64,000 nucleotides of DNA, from NCBI GenBank assembly GCA_012295275.1, contig CM022673.1:2914001-2978000 (forward strand). Direction: 5' to 3'. The stretch is from Chrysomallon squamiferum. Lineage: Eukaryota; Animalia; Mollusca. Shown here in pieces: positions 34,702 to 48,127 of the stretch. Positions within the stretch are counted from its first letter, which is position 1; the number at the start of each line of letters is the position of its first letter. A model generated the notes under the pieces. The model ran no database searches and was not told the origin of the DNA. It worked only from the letters and a program-made list of their open reading frames with translations. The position numbers were made by a program, and so were the translations under genes.

Positions 34702-35002
34702 GTCTGTCTGTATATCTGTATATCTGTCTGACTATCTATATAATTATCTATCTAACTTTAGCATACAGTTTAACTTATACGTACTTGAACACAATAGCAA
34801 TTCTGCATAATATAAACAGCACAGAATTTAATTTATATATGCAGGCATTTCTTGTCAGTGTAGTTTGTGTTGTTTGTTTGTTTCAGAACATGTTGTGTCG
34901 TACAAAAGACTACGGGGAGGTGTTGAAACTATTGACGCAATTCCCAAAACACAGAGCGGCAAAATTTTACGCCGAGAGCTGAAAGAGAAAGCAAAGAAGT
35001 GA
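28287..35002 (+). CDS. 4-coumarate-CoA ligase-like / luciferase-like acyl-CoA ligase, copy 2, 582 aa
   Basis: Exons 28287-28559, 29002-29209, 29588-29706, 30259-30461, 30810-30981, 32241-32409, 32534-32631, 33230-33371, 33602-33684, 34126-34291, 34887-35002. Exon sizes are identical to copy 1; no stop or frameshift; [21 protein letters not shown] and [11 protein letters not shown] are intact. Confidence 0.95.
29782..30086. repeat. Compound (GA)n microsatellite with an internal 70-bp insert
   Basis: Two or three (GA)n tracts interrupted by unique sequence and GACA/CA repeats. Confidence 0.9.
31202..32009 (-). mobile_element. Internally deleted hAT-Charlie/Buster-like DNA transposon in intron 5 of copy 2
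   Basis: TIRs (g)agtggttctcaaa at 31202 and tttgagaaccactg ending 32009 match the CAGTGGTTCTCAAA Charlie-type terminus. The minus strand near 31545-31600 reads ...[10 protein letters not shown], resembling the KxxQAHxSH C-terminus of Charlie/Buster transposases. The 8-bp TSD is not preserved. Confidence 0.75.
34593..34710. repeat. (TATC)n/(TGTC)n tetranucleotide microsatellite (paralogous tract at ~47000-47182)
   Basis: Directly visible. Confidence 0.9.
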
Positions 35003-38000
35003 AAAATAAACTTTTTTTCAGTGAAGAAAACCGACTGATAAATGATAAATGAAACATACGAAGAACAAACCTACGCACATGCGCACTCATATTGTAACAC
35101 ACGCACCTTAATATTCATATTTCGATGCACGCACCTGCCTGTGTGAAGTTTCATATTCTTGGAATAAACATATGCGACCATTCATACACTGACAGAAGTA
35201 TATATATATGTGCGTATATAAATTATGTTTATTTATACCTGCTATAAGAGATGAGAAATGTCAAAACTGATGTTTGAACGCAATTAATATTATATTCATA
35301 AATTATTTAATAATATTTCTGGAAAACGTTTTCCTCTTCATTTTACAATGTAAACGAATGAAAACATGCAGAGGCATATGTGTGCGTATATAAATTATTT
35401 AAAAAAAAAAAAAAAAAAAAAAATTACGCATATAAACGTAAATAATAAAATAAAAATAAAAAATAAAAAATAATAATTATAAATCACAGTAGTTTTGGCC
35501 ATTTTCAAAAGCTAACACGATTCAAGGGGAACAACTGTTTAAATATTAATTTTAAAAGAGAAAAATAATAAAAATAGTAAATAATAATAATAATAATATT
35601 AATAATAATAAAATAAATATATAAATAAATAAATAAATAAATAATTAATTAATTTAAATGAATTACTTAATGAACATATTTTATACTAATATTTTTAAAA
35701 TATATTATTTATCCGCACGACCATTGTATTCATTATAATTTTATCCAACAAAATTCTAAATATCCACGTTCTTGTAAATAACTGGTTTTGAATCATGTCT
35801 TTGTTTCTTCCACTTTGAAAATATTAAAACAGAAACTCTTTAACACGGCGAATTATTTCTTCCACTCTTCTGGATATTAAAATATCCAAGGCTGTAATTC
35901 AACATTTGTTTTGAATTTATCTATTTTTTCAAGTATTATTATTTTGCATATTGCGTAGAAATAATACTCGTTGAAACGTGAACCTCTTTATTCTTTACTG
36001 TGGTACTACACAGTCAAAGTTCGTTCACTGTAAACTTCGGATACTTATTTCTCTTTTTATTTATTGCGCTCATTACAGTTTCTATGATTTTCCGTTCTGT
36101 ATTCTATTACGATTTTTGCGATTGTATTTTATCATTTCTTTGTTTGTTTATTATGATCTCTCTGACTGCTTAATTAAAACAGTTTTCGGTTTAGTTCTGC
36201 TCAGTTCTTCACACGGTTATGGTTGTGTTTAATGTGGTTTGTATCTTATGGTTTCTGAATCTACACAGGGTCGTAGTTTCTGGGTGTATCTGTGTGTGTC
36301 TTGGGTTCTCTAGCCAAATTAACAAAGCCGTGGTCCCACAGCCCACTGGTCAAGTTACCCTCGTCGAAATATAATTGGCCATAAAATATTTATTCATATG
36401 GACAAAATATGGTCCGAACTCCGAACTTGAAGACCTCATTCGGTGTGAAAAATGAAAACCAAATATTTACGAAACACGTCGGGAAAGATACATTTTTATT
36501 TTGACCCCATGATAAACCCACGCTGGTTTCTCTACATAGTTATAATATTATTTTGTTTTTCCTCTTCTTCTTCTTCTTTTTTTTTTAATTTTAATTTTTT
36601 AAAGTTTAAAAAAAAATAAAAAAATAAAAATTAAATTTAAAAAAAAAAAAAATATTTTATTTTTTATTTTTTTTGCGATAAATAAAAATGAACATTCATT
36701 TGATCACAAGAAATTAAAAATGGCTGTCCGTAGGATCTCTGGTCAGTTCTCACTGTGATACTAAAACAACAAAGACGAATAACAAGGGATTTGCTATCAG
36801 TCTGTGATTTTTGTCATTATGAAAATATTCAAGCATTTTTCTTTCCTCAGTATGAATGTTGAGTTTCTTTATAATTACGATATTTTTCTGCACGTAGCAT
36901 TGTAATATATTCGCAAACAAATATTTATCTTACAAAACACATGTAATTTAATTACGACACTGCATGTAGTTATTTCTGTCTACACAGGAACATTGTTTTA
37001 TCTGGCGCCACCTTCTTTTTATTCGCAAGTAATATATTTTAAATACAGTCTTAACTCAATTAATTTTTATCAGCAATTTTAGAAAGATATTATTACATAA
37101 TTGTGAAGACCCGAGTGATTAATGTTTGTTTCTTCCAATACTGAATTTTATATATTTTACATTTATTTAACTGGTAATAGAAACAAGAGGTTTCTGATAA
37201 CAATGCACTCATTTTTATATTTTAAAACTTTATTGTACTATGAATTTTATATATGTAACACGTTTCATTGTTTTAAAGAAATATTTACATTTTATCATTA
37301 TCTTTGAAATTTTATTCATAAATATTGATATTTTTGATGGCCTTAACGATATGCATGTTTTTGAACATCTGTTGTACACACGTACATACTCAGTTATACA
37401 CATACACATATATTCACTTTCAATGAGTGTTTGTGTGTGTCTACACACCCACACACTCGCATAAATTCTATGCATATTTGCACATAGAAATGTAGGCAAA
37501 GGCTCTATTTTGACCTTGGCGTAACAGATCATTTCTTGAGATAGAAAATAAATCATATTTGTAAACAATAATTTTCAAGCTAGGCGTAGGATTCACAAAG
37601 TTACGTTTCCAGCTGTATAAAACACTTAATTAACTAGGACAGCCGATAGTGCATGTATTTACCTAACTCGTGACCTGTATCTTTTAAAATTATCTCGGTG
37701 AGTAACTGATATAGCGATAAAGGATATAAAAAAAAAAAAAAAAAAAAAAAAAAGACATTGCTAGAGAACATTGTTTATCAACAAACTGTACGACAGACCT
37801 TGAAATCATCGTAGACAACACAACGATTTCATTCAAAGCGTAGTTTTTGTAATGAAGCTTTAATCTGTTTCGTTTTGAAAGGATATTTGTGAACGTTAAT
37901 CTGTGGTGTAGTTTAAAGATTCGGCGGGATTATTTTCGCCAGCGTTTGAAATCTACACAGAATTTAATACGTGCTGTGGTTTAGTGTTTCGGGAGGACAG

Positions 38001-38666
38001 TTTCAAGTCAACACTCCACTGCAGTTTGGAAGTTGTCAAAAGGGAGCAGCTTAAAATAATAGCTCTAGGAAAACTTTTGGTAAGTAACGGTAATCAGTGA
38101 TAACGTAACTGTGACAACAATTCGTACTTGTTTTCACTATCGGTTAATCCCATTGATTTCTCATGTTCAGTGGTTCAGTGAATTAGGTTGAAAGATTTCA
38201 AAATAGGAGTGTACAAAAGATGTAATTATGTCAGCCGACAGACGAGAGTGAAGGCCTGATTTTGTGATATGTTACAGAGTGTGAGTACACTAGAAAAAAA
38301 AAAAATTTAATAAATAAAATAAAATAGAAGAAACAAGAAATAACAACAACAAACAAACAAAATACCTCCCAAAACCAAGACAAAAAAATAAAAAATAAAA
38401 AATAAAAAATAAAAAAATGAAAAATAACAAATAAAAAAATAAAAAATAAAAATAAAATAAAATAAAAAATATAATAAAATAAAATAAAATAAAATAAAAT
38501 AAAATAAATAGATAAGATAAGATAAAATAAAATAAATAAAATAAAATAAAATAAAATAAAATAAAATAAAATTAAATTAAAGACAGCCGTCAAAAAGTGG
38601 GACAAAAGAACAACAACAACAAGAAAACGTCAAAGTACATTGCATAATGGTTCTCAGAATTATTTA

Positions 38667-38829
38667 TTGGTTTATTTTCAAAATGAAATTATCTCCCTTT
38701 ACCACCTTAGTACGTAATATAGTATGACACTGTGTTGATATATATACGTGGGAATATATCAAGACAGTGTGATACTATATTACATACTAAGGTGGTAAAG
38801 GGAGATAATTTCATTTTGAAAATAACCAA
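38667..38829. repeat. Fold-back inverted repeat, unit B copy
   Basis: Same hairpin as 26086-26248 with one fewer mismatch. Confidence 0.88.
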
Positions 38830-40160
38830 AAAACAACAACAACAAGAAGTTAGAAGTTATTCCACATACATATATTCCAACAAACAACAGCAACAAAAAC
38901 ACCAAACAACAACAACAACAACAACAACAAAAAAAACCAAACAACTACAGACCAAACAAATACAAACAGGTACATGTTCATTCAACTAAACATATTTATG
39001 ATCATATCACTAGCGTCAATGGTTGCAAACTGATGGCATTATTAATTTTTATACATCCCAGTTATTTAGGTTTGTATCTTGCTCACCAATTAGAAAATTC
39101 CTGGATTTCTTACTGAGTAATTCATTTAATGCTATACAGATAAAGAAATATAAAACTTGCTGCTCGTACATTACGTGTTACTCTTTTTTCGATTGGCAGC
39201 AAGGAATTTTTATTATTACTTTTTTTAAACTGTGGTTTCACTTTAATAATAATAAAAAAACATTTCCATCATGGAGCACTGTTTGGACCTGAATAATCTA
39301 ATTATTTGTTGAAAACATGAGTTCTAGGTACGAAATTAATTCAGAAAAAAAAAAAAAAAAAATGAATAAGAAAAAATAAAAGAGTGACATTAACAACAAC
39401 ACAACTTATCAACTTTAAAAAAGCAATAACTTCATTTCGAATGATCGTAATTCAACGAGATATGTTTTATTTTAAAGCTCATGTTCGGTAGTTTTAAATA
39501 ACTAAAACTAAACTAAAAAACCCACACAAAAAACAACAAAACAAACAAAAACAACAACAACAACAACACACTCACACAAACACACACAAAAAAAAATAAT
39601 GATTAATATAATGATTATGAAAACAAACAAATAAATAAATAAATGTAAATAAAAATTCTCTTTATTTTCTATTTAATTTATTTATTTTATTTTATTTTAT
39701 TAATTTTTTTTTAATGTATTTACTTATTTTTTTATAATTTAGCTTTGAAGTATATCCGCCAGTTCATTCACGCCAACGTTATGATCATTTGCAGTTTCCC
39801 CAGAACAATTCAGTATTATTTTTCATAATATCTACAGATAAATAATATTCAAACTTTTAAGCACTGGAACTAATAAACAAATGAAAATAAATGTGTAGCA
39901 TATCATTTTTTACAACAAAATTGGTTAAGTAACATTTATAGCTTTAGTCTAGATATGACGTCATGAGAAAAGAATTAGTACATTTTACCAGCCTTGTAAC
40001 AAAAATATATGTAAAAGGTAGATCATGGGATTTTGTTTTTGGCCGATCGTTATTTATTTATTAATTCATACTACTACTACTACTACTATTAGTATTAGTA
40101 GTCATAGTACTTGTATTAGTAGTGGTATAGAAGTATTGTTGTAGCTAGAAGCAACAGCGG

Positions 40161-40194
<34 letters not shown>

Positions 40195-40892
40195 GTCACA
40201 TTTACAAAGTAAAAACCACCACCATGATGCCGCATTCATCTGTTTTAAAAACGGTGTCCGTCTTTGGTCCATAGTATTAAATTTATACAGTGTTAGAGTT
40301 AATTACCCGATCATTTGCAATTACAAGCGTTATTTAATCTTGCCTTTTGGTATTTGCAAGTTAAACAGTGCTATGCATTTTAAGTAATAATAATAAATAA
40401 AAGTCACATGTCTTAGAATCTTTTGTAAAAGCCAGATTTTTTTTTTGTTTAAATGTTTTAATTTTTGTTTTATTTTTTGTTTTAATTTTTAACATTTTTA
40501 TTTGCTATTTTTAAAAAAAAATGTATGGTTATTGTTGTTGTTGTTGTTGTTGTTATTATTATTATTATTATTATTATGTTCTCGTTTTTGTAGTTGCTAG
40601 AGGAACTTTCTTCTCTTCTTTTGTTGTGTATCAGTCATTTAATATATTCGGGAGCGATCAATGTGCTGAATTTCTTTTTAAACAGAAGCTTTCTTTCAAA
40701 ATATATTCCAGTTCATTTCATCTTGAAATTTATATGTAACAAGAAAAGTAAGCCCCATTTCCAATTCCCGACACTGCGACTCATTTTTTATTTGTGTGAT
40801 ATAAAAAGATACATTTCTTTCAGATGTTCTTGTGTGACGGCGTGCGAGAAACTAGCAGCACACTTTCAATATTGTAAACACGAAGAAGGGAC

Positions 40893-41274
40893 ATGGCCAG
40901 CCGATCTTTACCCCTGATGTTCCATCGTTGGCGTGTCGTACCAACGTTTAGCAGAAACCTACTCTGGGTAAACTGTCCTGGTAGAAGATGGGTCAGATTA
41001 CGGAGAGGGTCTACTAATTTTCAGTCTGTGATGTGCCGTTCACTGTCCAGTGATGTTCACAAAGAGATATACTTATCCAGCAGAAGGCCTTCTTTTAAAA
41101 TTCCAAATGTCACGTTTACGGAATTCATGTTCGAGAATACGAAACAGTATGGAGACTCGACAGCTTTGGTAATTATACACATTAGCATAAAAAAAAAAAA
41201 AAAAAAAAAAGTGGATCAAAAGAATAATAAGTTATGTATGTATGTATGTGTGTTTGCGTGTTTGTGTGTGTGTG

Positions 41275-41338
<64 letters not shown>

Positions 41339-42355
41339 AAGAGAGACACAGATATATTTATATATAGATAGATAGTTAGACAGATAAATATAGATAGATA
41401 AGTAGACAGACAGATAGAAAGATAAGTGTACAGACACAGAGACAGAAAGATTTCTGAAGCATAATAAAAAAATGTTAATAAGAAATCTCATAATACTGTT
41501 TACAATAACATTTTATTATTCATCAAACGAACATGGAAGATAAGATTACCTCAGGGATACAATTAAACTATTTATAAATAAAACCTTTTAACTAATTTGG
41601 TTTCTGATTTATTTATGTTCAAACAGGTCGATTTTCAAACAGGCAGGAGTTACACCTACACCCAGCTACGAGATGCCGTCATTAAACTTGGCAGCGCCCT
41701 CTACAAGCTAGGATACCGGAAAGGAGATCGGCTTCTCGTGTTCTGCCCGAACTGTCCCGAGTACGCGATTTTGTTCATGGCTTGTGCCTCGTTAGGAGTC
41801 GTGGTTTCAACGTGCAACCCTTCGTATAACTCAGGTACAGTTTACTAACACGAATGTGACTATCACGTCAGTCTTAAAAGTGTCTAACAGTAAGAAATGA
41901 CATTTTACTCAGTCAAAAACGAAATTTGGTCTGTCCTTGGTTTTCTAATTGGTTGTCTTTAGATTAAGTAGAAGTTAACATTTTCGGAAATTTTGTTTTT
42001 AAAAATGAGTTGAATTTAATGAATGAATGAATGGTTAACTCTGCACCAGCACGGAAACGATCGGCTGGTGGGTTGAATGGAATCGCGTTCATTATAAAAG
42101 CAAATATATTCAGCTGAAATACACCTTCTTTACTTGTTAGTTTTTTGTTTATTAAATTATTACTTTTTTGTTTTCACAGTGGAACTGGCGCGACAGCTTG
42201 CACAATGCGGTGCAACATCAGTCGTGTCTTTTCCTTCGTTAGTTGGAACAGTGAAAGAAGCGATAGCATCGAGCAAACTACTGTCAGACACAGTGAGGGT
42301 ACGTTGTTAATAAGTCCTAGGGGTTCGAGTGTCTTAGTCATAGTATCCAAACAGT

Positions 42356-42435
<80 letters not shown>

Positions 42436-44604
42436 GAAAAGAAATGAGAAAAACATCGTACTACTACAGTTGATAATAATAATGACGATGACGGTAATAA
42501 AAATCATGGTACACCTTTCCCTTTCCTTTGTGGTGATCGAAAAAACACACGGACATTTTGTTACAGGAAATCATAGTGCTCGGTGAATCAGAAGGATGTC
42601 GGCCATTTTTTCCGCTCTTGGATGACGACGGAAAGAGTTTTCCGGAGAATGTCGACATCGATCCCCACAACGACACCGCGATCCTTCCCTTCTCCAGCGG
42701 GACAACGGGGCTGCCAAAGGGGGTGATGCTCACTCACACGAACATAGTGTCTAATATCATACAGCTAGGGTTAGTAACAGTTTCATGTAAATTTGTATAC
42801 TGATCACCCGAACTGCATTTACAAACATTTGAAACTATTTTTTTTTTTTTTTTTTATGTACGTGTTGTGAATGAAACGAAATAGTCTTATAGTGTTAACC
42901 CATATCGGCCTACTTCTGTTATTAGATCTATTAATCTTTGGTTCTCTCTGTTTTTGAAAGATATTTCGCCAGACTATTTTGCATAGTCTCTCTCTCCCTC
43001 CCTCCCTCCCTCTCTCTCTCCAACCCTCCCTCCCTCGCCCCCCTCTCTCTGTCTCTCTCTGTCTCTGTCTCTGTCTGTCTCTGTCTCTGTCTCTCTCGCT
43101 CTCGTAAATCCATCTTCGACATTAAATTTAACATTAAATTTAGAAAGAAATCGTATTTCTTCTGAACTGAGGTTCATATCATAAAAATATTCGACCTTTG
43201 TTGTTGTTGCTCCTTTTGCCGCTTATTATTATTATTATTATTATTATTTTAAAACCATTTCACTTTGTTGGTAATTCTTCTTTCTTTCCTCGTAAGTGTT
43301 CAATAAATACATTTGTTTAAAGGCCAGCAATATCTATGGTGGGAGGAAAGGACAGCTTGCTGCTGATTTTGCCGATGTTTCACATCTACGGAATGGCTTC
43401 GCTCTTTCATGGGCTGAACCTGGGAGTCAAGATGGTGACTGTGCCTCGTTTTGACCCTGACGAGTTTATCCAGATCGTGACAAAACTCCAGGTAAGAAAA
43501 CCCCTAAATCTACTACCTTTAAGCCGCATGTTCGTAACAACAGAGACATTTATCAGAGAAAGTCCATCGAACTAAATAATTACGTAGAAAGTCCGTCCTA
43601 ATAATGATTCATATTTATGAATTTATTGACAGATTGTTTCAGATACAGTAATAAGTGCACTGCCCCAAGTATTTGCCCGACAGTTTAAGCAAAACCAATT
43701 GTTTATTTATTTGAGTGGTTCTCAAACTTTTTGAAGTCGGGGCACACTTGAAGACTTAAAAAAATTGCGGGCACACTACACACAAAATGCTGAAAAATTT
43801 AATGAAAAATGTAAAAAAAAAACACCCCAGAAATAACTGAAAGAAGCATGTTGCGGCTGAATCGGTTGGGGAGCATGCTGCCGAGGTCGTCTGTCCTCAT
43901 TGTCTACATCTGTGTCAGATTCTTCATCATTTCGCGTATAAACGGTTCTCGTCTGGAATTGAGTTACCGCCCTTGTGTGAGAGACGTTCACTGTTATATT
44001 TAGAGTTACCGCCCTTGTGTGGGTGTGTACCTTTATTCATCATCTATTTTGTGCTGATGAGAAGTATGAGCCTGACCTGTCTTGGCAGTTTCTGCAAAAA
44101 CACTGGAATATGAAATACAAAGCAATGGACTGTTAAAATGTCAAAAAACTGTACAAAGGCTATATTTTTAATGGTGTGCATTGTGCTGTGAGGGAAATCT
44201 TTTACCAATCGTTTGCTTTTAACAAATGTGACACTATAATAGTCTTAAAGTTTTAGATGGGCAGTGACTGTGACAGTGATAGGAATATGTGTCACAAGAA
44301 AACTATGGCTGTTTATCACGCTTGCACACTCACACTGTTTACAACGTGTATACAATCTTCTTCTGGGCAACTGGCTATTTCTTACTGGGTATCTTTCCGC
44401 TCATAACATAATCAATTTTTTATCATCACTAATATCTCCCTAGATCCTAGAATTTCGTGGGGCACAACTAACCATGTCTCCAGGCGCACCCTTTGAGAAC
44501 CACTGCATTAGGTTTTGGTATTTCAGTCTCAGTTATAAGAATTGCATTTCTCTAGATGAGAATATTTAATAATACAGAAGCTGTGTATTGTGTTTATTGT
44601 TCTT

Positions 44605-44676
<72 letters not shown>

Positions 44677-45471
44677 AGCTATTTACATATTACTTCTAAC
44701 CATCTATTTATTAAATTTCTGTTACAGATTACACAACTGCATCTTGTTCCTCCACTCGTTGTGTTTTTAACGAAAGATCCTCGGGTAGGCAAAGCTGAAC
44801 TTTCCAGTGTGAAGAAAATAATCAGCGGAGCCGCGACATTAGGAAAAGCTGTCACCGTGGAACTACTCCAGAAATTTGACGTTGAACTGTACCAAGGTAA
44901 TGTTTTACTGTTTAACAGTTATTGTAAATCTTTCTGTCTTTCTCAGTCTCTGTCTCTGTCTCATTCTGTCTCTTTGTCTTTATATCTGTCTGCGCGTGTC
45001 TGTTTTATGTAACTGGTTTTAATGCAGGATTCGGAATGACGGAAACTTCTCCTGTGGCCCTCGTAGACCAGCACCCCCCGAGACTGGGATCTGTTGGGAA
45101 ACTGCTGGCTAACACAGACGGAAAGGTTTGTACGCACTTGTATTGACAATGTTTGAAAACGCAACATAAATAGTCATATGTAAACAAACATACGTAAAAC
45201 ATAACAAGTGAAATTGATTTGGAGCAACATGTGAATTTCATTTTATTCCTAAAAATAATTTTTTTTGTCGTGCTAAACTATTTGTTTTCTTCTAATGAAA
45301 AAAAAAAAAAAAAAAAAAATAAATAAAAATAAATAAAAATAAAAATAAAAATAAAAAATCCTTTAAAATTATATACGTTCCCATATTTTTGTTTTAATTT
45401 TTTGATATATAAAATTATATATATTGTGGGTTTTTTTTTGGGGGGGGGTATCATTATTGTTATTGTTGTTG

Positions 45472-45521
<50 letters not shown>

Positions 45522-47033
45522 TTTATTATCATCATCATCATCATCATTATTATTAATGATGTCATTATTAATATTATTATTTTCAATTTATTACTTTCAG
45601 ATTGTAGATATACAGACTGGGGAAGACCTAGGTCCGGATCAAGAGGGTGAGCTGTGCATTCGTGGACCTCAGGTGATGAAGGGCTACTTGGACAACGAGA
45701 AGGCCACCAAAGAAACCATCAAGAACAACTGGTTACACACAGGTAAATGAACCAGTGAAAATCGAAGTTTACTTAACTCATGCAACGTGTGAAAACTAAC
45801 AATTTATATATAAGTAAATGTGTAAATGAGAAGAGGTTGTCAAAGGACAAAAAAAAAAAAAAACACCCCCAACATAAATGTAAATGAGATTAAAAAAAAA
45901 ATATATATCTGATTAAAATTTTAAGCTGATAGATGCAACAGTAAAATGTGGTGGTGTTTATTTGTTTGTGTTTACTCTTTCTACGTCAGGTGATGTTGGT
46001 TTCTACGACCGTGACGAATACTTCTTTATCACAGACAGAATAAAAGAACTGATTAAATACAAAGGATTCCAGGTAAAGTTTCTGAGAGGAAAAACATTTT
46101 TACCCCCAAGCCCCCACAACAGCACTAACCAGAAAAACCCAATAATAACAAAGAAACACCCCCCTTACCCCCCTAAAATAAAATATTTAAAAATATAAAC
46201 AGATTTAGATGTGTAAGATACACACGCACAAATACACATACATGTGAATAAAATACACTAAAAAAAACTAACCTTATAGAACACTAAATATCAAAAGGAT
46301 TGAAATATGGAAAAATTATTACGTTGAAATCAAACATAAATAGCCGAATTGATGCTATACACAGTGAGATATACAAATATGATATTTCACAAAATACACA
46401 GAAGGATGATTTTTATCGTGAAAAAAAAAAAAAAAAGTTGTCTTATCTTGACTCCTATACAGAACGGCTCTGACACAAAAAGAAATTAATTTGGCACTTG
46501 GACTTCAGAGAAGGTAAATATCTGAGTTATACCACAGGTACCCCCAGCAGAGCTTGAAGCACTGATTCTCACTCACCCCGATATACAGGACTGCGCCGTG
46601 GTTGGCGTCCCCGACGAAGTGGCTGGGGAGTTGCCGAAAGCCTACGTCGTGGCGAAGCCCGGAAAGACGATCAACACCAACGACGTGGTTAAATTTGTTG
46701 AAAGTAAGAAATTGGAAAGTTCTGACCAAACTGCTTGAAAATGTATAAAAATGATTCTTAACTGCTAATTAAATAATATTAATAATAATAATAATAATAA
46801 TAATCATAATGATAATAATAATGATGATTGACCTAAAATATTTCAGAAGTAACATCTAACCTGTGATAGAAAATTAGCCAAAATTTTCATTTTGTAAATT
46901 AAAGTTATTTATAAAACAAACAAACAAAAACAGGCATACGTACTAAAGTGGCACGTAATTTTATTTATATAAGTAAAACAAAAAACAGCAGTAAAAAAAT
47001 CTATCTATCTGTCTGTCTGTCTGTCTGTCTGTA

Positions 47034-47116
<83 letters not shown>

Positions 47117-47117
47117 A

Positions 47118-47184
<67 letters not shown>

Positions 47185-47466
47185 ATATCTGTATATCTGT
47201 CTGACTATCTATATAATTATCTATCTAACTTTAGCATACAGTTTAACTTATACGTACTTGAACACAATAGCAATTCTGCATAATATAAACAGCACAGAAT
47301 TTAATTTATATATGCAGGCATTTCTTGTCAGTGTAGTTTGTTTGTTTCAGAACATGTTGTGTCGTACAAAAGACTACGGGGAGGTGTTGAAACTATTGAC
47401 GCAATTCCCAAAACACAGAGCGGCAAAATTTTACGCCGAGAGCTGAAAGAGAAAGCAAAGAAGTGA
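40893..47466 (+). CDS. 4-coumarate-CoA ligase-like / luciferase-like acyl-CoA ligase, copy 3, 582 aa
   Basis: Exons 40893-41168 (+1 codon), 41627-41834, 42180-42298, 42567-42769, 43323-43491 (-1 codon), 44728-44896, 45028-45125, 45601-45742, 45990-46072, 46538-46703, 47351-47466. The frame is open and all catalytic motifs are intact. Confidence 0.94.
43713..44505 (-). mobile_element. Same hAT-Charlie-like element in intron 5 of copy 3
   Basis: Corresponding copy carried by the tandem duplication; same TIRs. Confidence 0.75.
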
Positions 47467-48031
47467 AAAATAAACTTTTTTTCAGTGAAGAAAACCGACT
47501 GATAAATGATAAATGAAACATACGAAGAACAAACCTACGCACATGCGCACTCATATTGTAACACACGCACCTTAATATTCATATTTCGATGCACGCACCT
47601 GCCTGTGTGAAGTTTCATATTCTTGGAATAAACATATGCGACCATTCATACACTGACAGAAGTATATATATATGTGCGTATATAAATTATGTTTATTTAT
47701 ACCTGCTATAAGAGATGAGAAATGTCAAAACTGATGTTTGAACGCAATTAATATTATATTCATAAATTATTTAATAATATTTCTGGAAAACGTTTTCCTC
47801 TGCATTTTACAATGTAAACGAATGAAAACATGCAGAGGCACGCACGTACACAAAAAAAAAAAAAAAAAAAAAAAATTACGCTTTTAAACGTAAATAATAA
47901 AATAAAAATAAAAAATAAAAAATAATAATTATAAATCACAGTAGTTTTGGCCATTTTCAAAAGCTAACACGATTCAAGGGGAACAACTGTTTAAATATTA
48001 ATTTTAAAAGAGAAAAATAATAAAAATAGTA

Positions 48032-48071
<40 letters not shown>

Positions 48072-48094
48072 TTAATAATAATAAAATAAATATA

Positions 48095-48127
<33 letters not shown>

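Larger units (their letters stand above)
24199..36814 (+). repeat. Tandem segmental duplication unit A (~12.6 kb, contains ligase copy 2)
   Basis: Sequence from tttttgtcattatgaaaatattc (24199) to ...atcagtctgtgatttttgt (36814) is repeated colinearly and at high identity at 36808-49296. Confidence 0.93.

Noticed and set aside
43323-43491. Copy 3 as a pseudogene
   Set aside because: Its indels are whole codons (+3 in exon 1, -3 in exon 5); splice sites and frame are intact.
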